DNA from: a virus
Length of the DNA: 64,000 bases
Virus record (IMG/VR): IMGVR_UViG_3300036832_001488
Coordinates: 12,915-76,914 of that record
Direction: 5' to 3' (one strand)
Shown here one piece after another: positions 17,448 through 27,529 of this stretch. Each line of letters starts with the position of its first letter. Within the stretch, counting starts at the first letter, position 1. The notes under the pieces are model-generated. The model did no database searches. It had not been told where the DNA came from and saw only the letters and a list, made by a program, of their open reading frames with translations. A program made the translations under genes and the position numbers.

Positions 17448-18928
17448 GTTTTAATAATAAAATTGATGGCTAAGTAAGGCGGGCGATTCTCATGTGCGCC
17501 TCCCCCTCCGGTATTATTCTGAGTAGTAGTAAGGCCGGTCCCGCTTGCACTGATACCAACAGTAAGATTGGTTTTAGCGGCACCAGTATTAGCCGTAAGA
17601 GGTGCCCCTGGATCGGATACATTAGTGCCGCCGCCCGATTCAATTAACTGGGTATTCGACTTATAGGGAACTGTGTGAGTATGGGGCGACTCGTTGACAG
17701 TAGCAGTGTGACTATGCGCTAGATCGGTGATCGGATGTGGGTGCGCAGGGATCTGCGCCGCTGTGAGAGTGACCGTGGCTGCGCCCGCTTTACTGGCTAA
17801 CGGATAGCTAGCTCCAGCACCGGTCGGGAAGACGCCATTACTGAAGGGCGGCAGGTTGAAATGCGCTCCATCGACTGCCCCGAAGGTGTTTGAAATAACC
17901 GCATAAAGATTCGGAAAGGCGCTGATCGCAACGGAGCTGCCGTCACACACAAGATAGCCGCCCGGTGCTGTGGGTGTCGGCCACATGAAGATTGCGCCGG
18001 TCGGAGCCACTCCCATAAGACCCTGCGGGCCCGCCGGACCAGCGGGCCCCACGTTTCCCATTGGACCTTGGGGGCCAGTAGCAGAGACGTTGTTGCCGAC
18101 CGGCAAAACGGTGCCTTGAGGTGCGCCGCCGGGATAACCCTGATTAACCAGGGTCAGAGAATTGTTAGTGTCGTTGGTACTCTGGACCGAGAAGTAATCG
18201 CCCGCTTCGACATAGACGATCTGCCCTGCGCTAAAGGGACTTGAGTCCTGCACAAAGGCCGTGGCGACTGCACCTACTGCCGGAACCGTAAAAGGTTGAG
18301 CCAGGACCGAGAAAACACTCGCCCCGGCGACTCCCTGCGGGCCCGGGGGACCACTGGGTCCCGCGATCCCTTGAGCGCCAGCGGGCCCCCGCAGGTTTGC
18401 CGCGCTGACGCTCGTCCCAGCCCCCAGCATCGTGCCGCAGGGCGTGTTAGCCGGGTCGCCGCTGTTCTGGATCTGGACCGTATTCAGATCCAGCGGCGCG
18501 CCGATCACGGTGAAGGTTCCGGCTCCGGGGAGAAAGATCAGCATCCCGGCACTCATCCAAGAGGTGTCAGTGACATGGATCGTGTAAGGCGGATCTCCAA
18601 CGCACGGGATCTGGATTGCCTGCGATAAATTGCTGATCGAATTCTTGCCCGCAGGACCTTGCGGCCCTCTCCCGCCCATTAAACCCGGAGGACCGATCTG
18701 ACCTTGGGGTCCGGGTAAGCCAACGCCCGCTTCGCCTTGTGGGCCAGGAGGCCCGCGCAAGACGTCCACAAAACTCCAGACAGGAGTTGCACCGGGAGGG
18801 GCCGAAGGTTGCGCTGCGTCCCAAAAGCCTCCGTCATCGAGCGTGTAGCCTAAATCGCCAACAAAGACGCTGACGCCATCGATGGGCGGCAAGAGGGAGC
18901 TGGAAGCGACCTTAAAGAAGTTGGACAC
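17444..18928 (-). CDS. collagen-like tail fibre with tail-collar domain
   Basis: G-X-Y repeats; PTGAIFMW..APGGYLVCDGS...FPNLYAVI; HENRPPYLAINFIIKT. Confidence 0.85.
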   Translation of the reverse strand: MSNFFKVASSSLLPPIDGVSVFVGDLGYTLDDGGFWDAAQPSAPPGATPVWSFVDVLRGPPGPQGEAGVGLPGPQGQIGPPGLMGGRGPQGPAGKNSISNLSQAIQIPCVGDPPYTIHVTDTSWMSAGMLIFLPGAGTFTVIGAPLDLNTVQIQNSGDPANTPCGTMLGAGTSVSAANLRGPAGAQGIAGPSGPPGPQGVAGASVFSVLAQPFTVPAVGAVATAFVQDSSPFSAGQIVYVEAGDYFSVQSTNDTNNSLTLVNQGYPGGAPQGTVLPVGNNVSATGPQGPMGNVGPAGPAGPQGLMGVAPTGAIFMWPTPTAPGGYLVCDGSSVAISAFPNLYAVISNTFGAVDGAHFNLPPFSNGVFPTGAGASYPLASKAGAATVTLTAAQIPAHPHPITDLAHSHTATVNESPHTHTVPYKSNTQLIESGGGTNVSDPGAPLTANTGAAKTNLTVGISASGTGLTTTQNNTGGGGAHENRPPYLAINFIIKT

Positions 18929-19061
18929 TTTTCTCTACTCGAGGGAGAGGAAATGCCAGCTAGTTCTTCAAGAGCCTCACTTTAGGCGCGGAGTCGGCCA
19001 AAAGTCCAGTATGTGATTGCTTTTTTAAAATGGAGGAGCACTCTCTCGAAAGAGTTGACAA

Positions 19062-19262
19062 ATGCCAAACAAGCCTGCCGGAAGTATTAAGGGACACAAG
19101 ATTACATCTGCGCAACAACGTCTGTTCGGCGCGGCCCGTGGTGTCCAAGAAAGTGGTAAAAAAGCTTTTCCAGCTGCAAATAAGATCGCAAAGTCAATTG
19201 AACCGAGCGATCTCCACAAAATAGCAAAAAAGCCCAAGTCGGGATATAGAAAGAAGAAGTAA
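19062..19262 (+). CDS. small basic protein, DUF3008-like
   Basis: SAQQRLFGAARG...IAKSIEPSDLHKIAKKP. Confidence 0.55.
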   Translation: MPNKPAGSIKGHKITSAQQRLFGAARGVQESGKKAFPAANKIAKSIEPSDLHKIAKKPKSGYRKKK

Positions 19263-19264
19263 GC

Positions 19265-19429
19265 ATGGCCAAGAAAGCACCTCCGAAGCGTAAAGCCGCG
19301 AAATCTAAAGCTCCGCCCGCACGCAAAGCCCCACCGGCTTTTGGCGGCAAGAAAAAGGCGAAAATGCCGACTCTGGGCGCAGGCTTAATGGGCCTGGGCG
19401 GCACCGGCGGCACCGGCATGATTCCTTGA
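19265..19429 (+). CDS. 54-aa Lys/Ala/Pro-rich histone-like microprotein (not in ORF track)
   Basis: MAKKAPPKRKAAKSKAPPARKAPPAFGGKKKAK...; TAAGCATG junction. Confidence 0.55.
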   Translation: MAKKAPPKRKAAKSKAPPARKAPPAFGGKKKAKMPTLGAGLMGLGGTGGTGMIP

Positions 19430-19471
19430 GAATTTATTTAGCCATTGGAAGTGGCCTAAATAAGAGCTCTG

Positions 19472-19509
19472 GCCACGAGGCTCCTTAATCTTTCGTGGCA
19501 TTTTCTTTT
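19472..19509 (+). terminator. intrinsic terminator
   Basis: GCCACGAGG...TTTCGTGGC followed by ATTTTCTTTT. Confidence 0.55.
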
Positions 19510-19563
19510 GTAAGTGGTTGGAAATCAGCAAAAACCTCTAAAAATTCTTAAGGATTTCTCCAC

Positions 19564-19592
19564 TTGACGCCACTCTGCCCCACTTCTAGGGT
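19564..19592 (+). promoter_or_regulatory. sigma70-like promoter
   Basis: TTGACG-17 nt-TAGGGT, 8 nt before ATG 19601. Confidence 0.4.
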
Positions 19593-19600
19593 GGCGTTCG

Positions 19601-19879
19601 ATGCATTCTGATTCTTTTACGAACGTCTCTTTTCCACGCGAGAAAAGAGACCTTCTCCGAAGTGCCGTAGCACACTACGAATTCGGTAATCCGACCAATT
19701 TCTTTCGGATTTGCGGCGAGATGCTAATCGCGCATTATCTGCGCGCCGACAGGCTCGAACGGCCTCTCGAATTCAGCACGAATGGCTATGCCATCCCCGG
19801 TTTATCCGAGGCCGCGCGACCTTATGCCAAAGACAAAACCCAGAAAACAACCATCCATCCCAATGAAACGGAGGACTAG
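19601..19879 (+). CDS. putative ribbon-helix-helix regulator
   Basis: FTNVSFPREKRDLLRSAV...NPTNFFRICGEMLI strand-helix-helix pattern. Confidence 0.4.
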   Translation: MHSDSFTNVSFPREKRDLLRSAVAHYEFGNPTNFFRICGEMLIAHYLRADRLERPLEFSTNGYAIPGLSEAARPYAKDKTQKTTIHPNETED

Positions 19880-20387
19880 GCCTTCGCGGAACCAAGTCCG
19901 CATGTTTAAAGGCATCCCGGTCAGGGAAGCGCGAGCCTCAATCCATGTTCAGCCTAACCAGAAAGACATTGACGCTGCGACCCAGGAGTCGCCGGTTAAC
20001 TGCGCTTACGCTCGTTGCCTCAAGCGGGTCCTCGACGCCCCCAATGTCTTCGTATTTCGCACCATTGCTTACATCCAGACATTGGATGAAGCAGGTAAGC
20101 CACTGATGGAGCGTTACGCCGTCAAGAAGTACGCCCGCGAGTACTTACTGCGCTTCGATCATGGTGAGAAAGTGCCGCCGGGAGGTTTTGTGTTTCACCG
20201 GCCTAACCGGTCCCAGACCTTATCCTATAAACAGAAGGAAGGAGCTAAGCTATACGCGGCGGGCAAATATTCTCCCAGAGTGAGTCAGGGCACTAAACTC
20301 AAGCAGCGACATTTCAATTTGCGTAACGGCAAAGGCTGCGTCCACCTTTTCGGAACCGAGGACCAGATTAAAATCTGGGCAACATGA
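19824..20387 (+). CDS. hypothetical phage protein
   Basis: QKDIDAATQESPVNCAYARCLKR motif; ATGA coupling. Confidence 0.55.
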   Translation: MPKTKPRKQPSIPMKRRTRPSRNQVRMFKGIPVREARASIHVQPNQKDIDAATQESPVNCAYARCLKRVLDAPNVFVFRTIAYIQTLDEAGKPLMERYAVKKYAREYLLRFDHGEKVPPGGFVFHRPNRSQTLSYKQKEGAKLYAAGKYSPRVSQGTKLKQRHFNLRNGKGCVHLFGTEDQIKIWAT

Positions 20388-20704
20388 GCGCTAAAAAATC
20401 TCCTTTCGATGATCTAAGTGACGAGATGAAAAAGGTGACGATTGATATTGCCTTTCTTATGACTTCGCTGGCCCAGCGCCTTCCTCCGGCCAGTGAAAAG
20501 CTTCAGGAACTCGTGAGTGAACATTTCACGAGGACCTACAGCCTTCCTAACAGCGCGAAGTATGCGTTGCGCCATGCACTGGATCAGCTATGGACTTCTG
20601 ACTGGGAAGCCACCGTCACAAAACGGGGCTTGCGCTTAATCACTAGATTTGAGCCGATGCAAGGTGGAAACGGAGAAGCCAGGATCAAGACATCCTCTCA
20701 ATGA
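20384..20704 (+). CDS. hypothetical protein
   Basis: ATGA overlaps at both ends. Confidence 0.5.
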   Translation: MSAKKSPFDDLSDEMKKVTIDIAFLMTSLAQRLPPASEKLQELVSEHFTRTYSLPNSAKYALRHALDQLWTSDWEATVTKRGLRLITRFEPMQGGNGEARIKTSSQ

Positions 20705-21060
20705 ATGCGCCGCTCGAGAGCGTAACGCGGATGTGCGAAGGCCTGAAACTCACTGTCGACTTGGTAATAAAGGGAGAGGAGCAATGGCTAAGTCTAAAGC
20801 TAGAGGACGAGCTGAACCTGACCGAAGCAAAGATGGATTGTCCGATCCTGTGCACCACGCTGGATCGGGCTTATCACCTGAGGGAGGCGCTGGTGATCGG
20901 AATGCGCCGCCTGATACAGGAGGCCTTCACCCAAAAGCTGATCTCCGACTACCCTGGCGCGTTGATGACAGTCTGGAGGTCAGCGCAAGAGTCAGCAGCC
21001 CCTACGCCCAGCTCTTTGGAAGAGTCTACGCTATCCTCGACCGATCTAACATTCCCGTAG
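20701..21060 (+). CDS. hypothetical protein upstream of terminase
   Basis: ATGA-coupled ORF. Confidence 0.45.
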   Translation: MNAPLESVTRMCEGLKLTVDLVIKGEEQWLSLKLEDELNLTEAKMDCPILCTTLDRAYHLREALVIGMRRLIQEAFTQKLISDYPGALMTVWRSAQESAAPTPSSLEESTLSSTDLTFP

Positions 21061-21108
21061 CGGTTTTTTCTGATCTGAAAATCGCTCGCTTCGTGGTAGA
21101 ACTGGCCA

Positions 21109-22920
21109 ATGGATTTGGTGCAGTTTCGTCGCGAGTGTGGTGAGGGAACTGATGAAGAGCTAGTCCGGGCCGTCTATCACATAGACCAAACAGTCGAAAG
21201 CCCAGATCAAGCCAAGAGCTGGATCTGGGCGCTCGTTAAACGGCTCCTTGAGACTGAACGCTATGGGGCTGCGGGCCTTGTCCTTTGGGGCGAGGCCCTT
21301 TTTAATTACGGGCCCCAGGCCGTCAGGCAGGTCATCCAGAAAGTCCGCACCACTCAGAATTTGATTGTCTTAGGCGGGGCGGCTCTGGGCAAGACCTACA
21401 CCATCATTTGTTACCTTTTACTGGATTGGATTCGTGACTGTGAATTCACTGAAATCAAGATCATCTCGACAACCGGTGGCCATGCGAAGTCGCAGAGTTT
21501 TTCCACCCTCCAACGCCTCTACCAAAACGCCATTATCCCACTTCCGGGGCTGGCGATGGATATGTTTGTCGGCCTTAACCCTAAGGACCGGCACTCGGCC
21601 ATCACTCTGGTGGCAATCCCACAGGGTGAGGATGGCAAAGGTGTACTCCAGGGTTTTCACCCAGTACCCAGAGCGCGCCCTCATCCCGTTTTCGGTTCTA
21701 TGTCGCGCGTCCGAGCCTTTCTGGACGAGGCGGAAGAAATTCCTGCGGGCGTATGGGAAGGCGTTGCAAATCTTCTCGCGTCTGCCTGGGGTGCTGAAGC
21801 AGTCAAAGTCTGCTGTGCTACCAACCCGCGAGATGTCACGAGCAAGCTTGCGCAGCTCGCTGAACCGATGTGCGGGTGGACGCAGATCGATCTCGATAAG
21901 GACAAAGAATGGTATTCGGCGGAGCGTTGGAACGTACTTAGACTTGATGGGGCTGATAGCGAAAACGTCCACCAACGACAGTTAGTTTTTCCGGGTTTCC
22001 TGACCTGGGACGGTTACCAGATTTACGCTCTGGAGTTAGGAGGCCAGTCCAGCCGCTACCTGACTTTCGGGCGCGGCATGTATCCCTTAAGCGCCCTCCA
22101 GAACACTCTCATCCCCTATTCACTGCTCGAACCGGTCATCGGCCAGTTCATCTTCGACGGGCGCACGGTGGGAGCCGCCGGAATCGATCTGGCCAGTGAA
22201 GGTGGGGACCGCATCATTCTGGTAGTCGGCAAATACGGCAAAGCCATCGGCTTTCAGCCACTGCGCGGCGTGCCCATCCTTTTCAAGAAGCCGCGCTACT
22301 GTGTGCAGGTCGATCAGTACTATGATATGCCAAAGGAGAAAACGATAGCACTTGCTACCAGCCTGGAAGTGAAGTGCAAAGGCCTCAATATCCATCCTGA
22401 CTGGGTGACTTGCGACCGTACCGGAGTGGGCACCGGCACCCATGATGCCATGTGCGAACAATGGAGTGGCTCAATCCGGGGAGTCATGTGGGGCGCAGAA
22501 TCGGGGCCGCGCAAGCTCCTGGCTGATGACCACGATTACGCAGTCGAGGTCTATGACGGCGTCACTACCGAGATGCACATGCGGGTGCGCAAGTTTCTGG
22601 AATTCGGGCTGCTCTGTATCCATCCCCAGGTACAGACCACCCAGCTCTTTAAGGAGCTTTCCAGCCGCCGCTTCCAGCCCTCCAGTAAAGGCCCCAGCGG
22701 CAAACCGCGCATTCGCCTGGAGCCCAAGAAAGAGTTTAAAAAGCGCCTGGGCTGGTCGCCGGATATCGGGGATGGGCTGGTGATGTTAGTTCACGGCTGC
22801 GCGCTCAACGGGCCGGAGAAAGCCTCTATGATTGGCGCTAAGCGAGCCAATCTTTTGCCCGATTCGAATATCGGCCCGCGCGAACGCACCCAATACATTG
22901 ACTTCACCCAGGATCTCTAG
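21109..22920 (+). CDS. terL: terminase large subunit
   Basis: Walker A GGAALGKT, Walker B AFLDEAEE, ATNP, RNase-H GIDLASEGGD, DRTGVG, SPDIGD. Confidence 0.9.
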   Translation: MDLVQFRRECGEGTDEELVRAVYHIDQTVESPDQAKSWIWALVKRLLETERYGAAGLVLWGEALFNYGPQAVRQVIQKVRTTQNLIVLGGAALGKTYTIICYLLLDWIRDCEFTEIKIISTTGGHAKSQSFSTLQRLYQNAIIPLPGLAMDMFVGLNPKDRHSAITLVAIPQGEDGKGVLQGFHPVPRARPHPVFGSMSRVRAFLDEAEEIPAGVWEGVANLLASAWGAEAVKVCCATNPRDVTSKLAQLAEPMCGWTQIDLDKDKEWYSAERWNVLRLDGADSENVHQRQLVFPGFLTWDGYQIYALELGGQSSRYLTFGRGMYPLSALQNTLIPYSLLEPVIGQFIFDGRTVGAAGIDLASEGGDRIILVVGKYGKAIGFQPLRGVPILFKKPRYCVQVDQYYDMPKEKTIALATSLEVKCKGLNIHPDWVTCDRTGVGTGTHDAMCEQWSGSIRGVMWGAESGPRKLLADDHDYAVEVYDGVTTEMHMRVRKFLEFGLLCIHPQVQTTQLFKELSSRRFQPSSKGPSGKPRIRLEPKKEFKKRLGWSPDIGDGLVMLVHGCALNGPEKASMIGAKRANLLPDSNIGPRERTQYIDFTQDL

Positions 22921-22982
22921 TCTAGACTTGCGCGCCTACTTAGGCGTATAGATCCAACTGGCGTTTCCAGTTTACAGAGAGC

Positions 22983-23273
22983 ATGAGATCTATACCAGCC
23001 TTCAGTAAGAAGTCGTCTCCAGGCCCCATGGTCGGCGGCAATGGCCAGCGCAGCGGCTTTACCGATCACGTCAAAACAACCAACGCGGGCAAAGGCAGAG
23101 CGGTCCCGCACATGGCGGCAACCTATCCAACGGCCTCGACCTTGAACCGGACTAGCGGGCGCTCGAAAGCTCCTGCCTTTAATAATTCAGGTTCCGGCAA
23201 CGCGGCTAAGAGCGTCGCGGCCTTCTCCAAAAAGTCAGTGAAAGGAAGTCCCAAAAGAACTCCCGGCCATTAA
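22983..23273 (+). CDS. small basic protein
   Basis: 96 aa, repeated AFSKKS/AFNNS. Confidence 0.5.
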   Translation: MRSIPAFSKKSSPGPMVGGNGQRSGFTDHVKTTNAGKGRAVPHMAATYPTASTLNRTSGRSKAPAFNNSGSGNAAKSVAAFSKKSVKGSPKRTPGH

Positions 23274-23274
23274 C

Positions 23275-23718
23275 GTGGAATTTGATGCGATACCCAAAAG
23301 GTTTCGCGAGAGAATCATTTGCTTAGATGGGTGCTGGTTATGGCAGGGATGTACCCAGAAGAAGGGCGGCTATGGGCAGCTAAGATTCTCTGGTAAGATC
23401 CTTCTCGTTCACCGTTTTGTCTTTGAACTTTTAGTCGGCCCGATTCCTGAAGGATTAGAGCTGCATCATAAGTGCAAGGTCCGTCACTGCTGCAACCCCG
23501 ATCATCTTAAAATCATTGCTGTCACTGAACACCGGCAGCTCTCACAGAGAACCCATTGTTTCCGAGGACATGAGCTTACACCGGAGAATACCTTCTATTT
23601 TCCAGCAAAATATCGGGGCCAGCGACGACGACGCTTTGGTGGCCGTTGCTGCTTAATCTGCAAGCGAGAAGCCTGCAGAAAGGCGACTCAACGTTGGCGA
23701 GAAAAACAGCGCACATGA
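23275..23718 (+). CDS. HNH homing endonuclease
   Basis: GCWLWQG..GYG..VHRF..LELHHKCKVRHCCNPDHL..THCFRGH. Confidence 0.9.
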   Translation: MEFDAIPKRFRERIICLDGCWLWQGCTQKKGGYGQLRFSGKILLVHRFVFELLVGPIPEGLELHHKCKVRHCCNPDHLKIIAVTEHRQLSQRTHCFRGHELTPENTFYFPAKYRGQRRRRFGGRCCLICKREACRKATQRWREKQRT

Positions 23719-24362
23719 GCGTGCAGTTTGGTATAATTACTTCGGTCGTGCCTCCCCAAGGTTGGCATTACATTCAAAAGCTTTCCAGCGGTCAGGATCA
23801 CAAGATCATAGGATTCAGTTTTGAGCAGTTAATCGACAACATCCTCGACTTCCGCAGACGTCATCTCGATCTGTGCGGAGCGGAGAATGCCTACATCGAG
23901 GCTGTCCGGGCTGATTTAAAAGCCTATTACTGCGCTAATTTCCGGCAAAACTGCGCCGACTCGAGTCCTGCTCCGCACAAAGTCCAGGGAATAGGCTTTA
24001 TCCGGCGCGACTACAGTGCGCCCATCGACCGGGCCGGGAATTGGTTAGGCCAATTTGCTAGTTTCAAGCCTGAGTTCGTCGATACGGGGCTGGCTGGACA
24101 TCGCGCCCAGATTTGCGCTCAGTGCCAGAGTAACATTCGCTGGCAAACGCCCTGCGCCCCTTGCAATGACGTTATTGAAGTCAGGATTCAGAATTTCCTG
24201 GGCAATCTTCGTACCCAATACGATAATCGGCTCTTCGGTTGCCGGGTATATGGCCATATCAATCGAGCGGCGATCTGGCTAGTCAATACTCAGTCGACCG
24301 CGATTCATCCTCCCCCCACCCACTGCTGGGTATCCCAAAATGAAACAGCTTCTACTCCATAG
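23715..24362 (+). CDS. Cys-rich phage protein
   Basis: PPQGWHY, CAQC, CAPC, GCRVYGH, HCWV; between terminase and portal. Confidence 0.65.
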   Translation: MSVQFGIITSVVPPQGWHYIQKLSSGQDHKIIGFSFEQLIDNILDFRRRHLDLCGAENAYIEAVRADLKAYYCANFRQNCADSSPAPHKVQGIGFIRRDYSAPIDRAGNWLGQFASFKPEFVDTGLAGHRAQICAQCQSNIRWQTPCAPCNDVIEVRIQNFLGNLRTQYDNRLFGCRVYGHINRAAIWLVNTQSTAIHPPPTHCWVSQNETASTP

Positions 24363-24801
24363 TGGTCAGCCGACTTTTATCGACGACGAAGATTTCGAAA
24401 AACTTAGTCAGCACAAATGGTACTTACACCCCCATGGGTACGCATATCGAGGGTTATGTAAGGGCCATAAAGTGCAGCAGGTGCTGATGCATACAGACAT
24501 TCTTGGTAAAGCCCCTGCCGGATTTTTTACTGATCACAAAAGTGGGAACAAACTCGATAATCAACGAGGGAACTTGCGTTTCGTAAATCGGTCGGTCAAT
24601 CGACGCAATACTCAGAAAACTAAGGGCGTCTATTGGCATAAGAGAATGCAGAAATGGCACGTCTCTATTTCCTGCGAGAATAAACTGATCGCCTGCGGTT
24701 ACTTCGACAGTGAAGAAGAAGCACGAAGTGTGGCAGCTCTTCTCAAAGGGGCAATGATCTACCACGAATTAACGAAAGGACAAGAGAGTGGCCTCAGATA
24801 A
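24340..24801 (+). CDS. HNH endonuclease with AP2-like domain
   Basis: IDDEDFEKL..KWY..MHTDI..DHKSGNKLDNQRGNLR..KGVYW..KWHVSI..GYFDSEEEA. Confidence 0.9.
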   Translation: MKQLLLHSGQPTFIDDEDFEKLSQHKWYLHPHGYAYRGLCKGHKVQQVLMHTDILGKAPAGFFTDHKSGNKLDNQRGNLRFVNRSVNRRNTQKTKGVYWHKRMQKWHVSISCENKLIACGYFDSEEEARSVAALLKGAMIYHELTKGQESGLR

Positions 24802-27265
24802 CGTCACTGATTCATTTGGCGGTGAGCAACTCGGCAGATTTAATACCGTTCGCTTTGCAGAGGACTCCACGCGTGTCGTAAATAAACCGATCTCGACCGC
24901 TCAGCAAGCCTTCGAGGTCTTCCAGCGCTTGCAACGCGACAATCAGGCGCGGGCCAATCGCAACAAGCTTATCAGTGACTCCTACAACGGAGGCAGTCCT
25001 TTTGATCAGAAAAAGCTGGACTCCAATGCACAAGGCTGGCGAGCTAATTTTTCCACCCTGGTACTGGCGACATTCGTGGACCGTGTCACGCCACGGCTCA
25101 CCGATGCTGTGCATGGTATGAAATACCTGACCGCGAGTGAATTGCCCGACTCCTTCATCAATGCGACCAACAAAACAGAGAAATTCAGGGAACGGACGAC
25201 CGAACAGCTCAGGAGCTGGAACGGGTGGGTGGATTACGTTGAACAGATAGCGACCGAGAATGTGCTCTACGGTTACACCGCAGGCATTCAGATGGACGAA
25301 TTCGAGTGGAGGCCGCAGACTTTCAGACAAGAGGATACGCTCTTCGATGAGCAAGCGCCGCAGCTCGCGGAAAAGCTGCCGGTCGTGGTCATTAAAGCTA
25401 ATTATTACATCCACGAGGCGTGTGCGATAATCGAGGACCCCGATGCGGCTGAGAAAGCCGGATACCACGTCCAGAATATTAAGGCCGCTGTGGAGAAAGC
25501 GGCCCCACCGTACGATTCGTTTGTCTACAACCCCCGGCAGCTCTCCGATATGGTCCGTGAAGGAAATTTGTATTACTCCTTTCACCGATCATCCAAGATG
25601 ATCGAAACGGCACACGTTTTCGTTAAGTGTTATGATAATACGGTCGATCATTGGTGGGTTAATCGCAATGGCAGTAAGCGCTCCAACTCTAACCGTAGTC
25701 GGCCCATGGAAAAGAGTCCATCGCAGACTGCGGAGCCGGTGCCGGGTGAGCCCAGGCCGATGGAGCAGGACCCTTATGAGCTAGGCTATTTCGAGCGAGT
25801 AGCCGAGGCCATGGACGATGTAATTACCTTGTTCAGCTTCCAGGCGGGCAACTGTCGGCTGTTCGGATCAAAGGGGATCGGACGCCTGCTCTATAACATA
25901 AGTTTAGCAATGGAGAAGGCCCGCATGTGCTTTATCGATGCGATGTACATCTCCGGCCTGTTGGTAGGGCAGGCCGAGGAATCGATTATCGGGCGTCTGC
26001 AGCCAACCGTGCGTTCCCCCTTCATGGTAATACCGGAAGGGTTTACGCTGCTGATGCAGCAGTTCAAAGTCGATATCAATAATTGGTTAGGCTTAGATCA
26101 AAAACTATCTAACACGGCTGAAATCATTGCCGGAGCTTTCCTGCCGGATCAACAGCAGATCTCTAACAACGGCCAGCAGATCCAGACTGCGACCAAGGAG
26201 TCAATTGACACGGTAAAGGAGGAAGAGGTTAAGGCGGGGATGATGAACAGATGGTGGGTCCAGTTCACGCGCGGCATCTCTTCCATGCAGCGCCGGATCT
26301 ATTCCAAGGTCAACCTGCGCGCCGCCATGAAACAGCGTAAGGCGCGCTTGAAAGCTGCCGATGGCGGCAAGACCATCATCTTTGCCGACCTCTACGACGC
26401 CATGATGGAGGTCGATGACGATACGCAGAAACAGTTTACGCGCGCGCCGGACTTAGGGGATGCCGACCAAGCAAGTGTCGAGACCATTATGCGCTTGCTT
26501 GATGATGGGCTTTCCATCCAAGAGATCATTATCCTGGCGCACGAACCGGCTACCCAATTCACCCAGCACGCTGGCCGGGACGACGACATGATGTTTTTGC
26601 AGTTTTACCAACTCGCGAAAGGTAATCCTAACTTTGATCAGTCGAAGTTAGACGAGCAGGCCGCGAACCGGATGGTTGGTTTCCAAGTCGCCAAAGAACT
26701 CTATGTACCGCAACCCGGTCAAACGACGGATATCGAGGCCCAGCGTAACCAGCAAATGGAATGGGCCACCATGCTGGGGTCGGGGATTGGCGTTCAGGTC
26801 AGCCAACGTGATCCGCACATGCAGCATTTTCAAACCATTGTTCCGGCAGTTGCCGACCACCTCAAAATCGCTTCTCAGATGCCGCCCGTACAAGTACCCA
26901 AAGACCTGCTCAATGCCTGCAAACTGGGCGTCACGCATGCGGAAGCGCATGTCCAGGCCATGCTGCAGGGTGGCTCCAACGAGCGCCAGCTCAAGCCCCA
27001 GATTCTGCAGCTCAAGGATCTCGAGAAGATGTATGGCGAGTTAAACCAGAAAATCCAGCAGGCTGAAATGATGGCGGCACAGATGCAGGCGATGGCGCAA
27101 CAAAACGCCGGAGTGGCCGGAATGGGAGGGCCCCCACAACAGCCGCCAATGGGTCCTAGCGGGCCGATGGGCATCCCCATGGGCAATAATGCTGCCCATA
27201 TGGGATTAGGCGTTGGAGGAGGCGCTAATGGAGGCGGACCTATGGCGGCAGGAGGCATGCAATGA
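24788..27265 (+). CDS. portal protein
   Basis: 825 aa after terminase; YNGGSPF..GWRANF N-terminus, Q/M/G-rich C-terminal tail typical of podovirus portals. Confidence 0.75.
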   Translation: MASDNVTDSFGGEQLGRFNTVRFAEDSTRVVNKPISTAQQAFEVFQRLQRDNQARANRNKLISDSYNGGSPFDQKKLDSNAQGWRANFSTLVLATFVDRVTPRLTDAVHGMKYLTASELPDSFINATNKTEKFRERTTEQLRSWNGWVDYVEQIATENVLYGYTAGIQMDEFEWRPQTFRQEDTLFDEQAPQLAEKLPVVVIKANYYIHEACAIIEDPDAAEKAGYHVQNIKAAVEKAAPPYDSFVYNPRQLSDMVREGNLYYSFHRSSKMIETAHVFVKCYDNTVDHWWVNRNGSKRSNSNRSRPMEKSPSQTAEPVPGEPRPMEQDPYELGYFERVAEAMDDVITLFSFQAGNCRLFGSKGIGRLLYNISLAMEKARMCFIDAMYISGLLVGQAEESIIGRLQPTVRSPFMVIPEGFTLLMQQFKVDINNWLGLDQKLSNTAEIIAGAFLPDQQQISNNGQQIQTATKESIDTVKEEEVKAGMMNRWWVQFTRGISSMQRRIYSKVNLRAAMKQRKARLKAADGGKTIIFADLYDAMMEVDDDTQKQFTRAPDLGDADQASVETIMRLLDDGLSIQEIIILAHEPATQFTQHAGRDDDMMFLQFYQLAKGNPNFDQSKLDEQAANRMVGFQVAKELYVPQPGQTTDIEAQRNQQMEWATMLGSGIGVQVSQRDPHMQHFQTIVPAVADHLKIASQMPPVQVPKDLLNACKLGVTHAEAHVQAMLQGGSNERQLKPQILQLKDLEKMYGELNQKIQQAEMMAAQMQAMAQQNAGVAGMGGPPQQPPMGPSGPMGIPMGNNAAHMGLGVGGGANGGGPMAAGGMQ

Positions 27266-27525
27266 TGGTCCCCCAGATGTGGACGCCCAGCGATGCTGCC
27301 GCCATTAACGATTTTCTGAATTCAAAACAGGGAATCCGCTGGATAACCGCCCTGATGACGATGAAGCCTAAGATCGACATCGCGAAAGGGAGCGAGGTGG
27401 CAGGCTTAAGCGGGGCTTACGTCGCCGGGTACGAGCATCTCTTAAACGAAGTGATCCCCGCTACCCGCACGGTGAGAACTGAGGAAACGGTGAGTTTAAA
27501 ACCAATCGATATGACGAAAGACTAA
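27262..27525 (+). CDS. small protein between portal and scaffold
   Basis: WTPSDAAAINDFLNSKQG; position. Confidence 0.6.
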   Translation: MMVPQMWTPSDAAAINDFLNSKQGIRWITALMTMKPKIDIAKGSEVAGLSGAYVAGYEHLLNEVIPATRTVRTEETVSLKPIDMTKD

Positions 27526-27529
27526 GACA

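Noticed and set aside
14900-18760. G/C-rich 9-nt periodic repeats as a DNA-level element
   Set aside because: Explained by collagen Gly-X-Y coding
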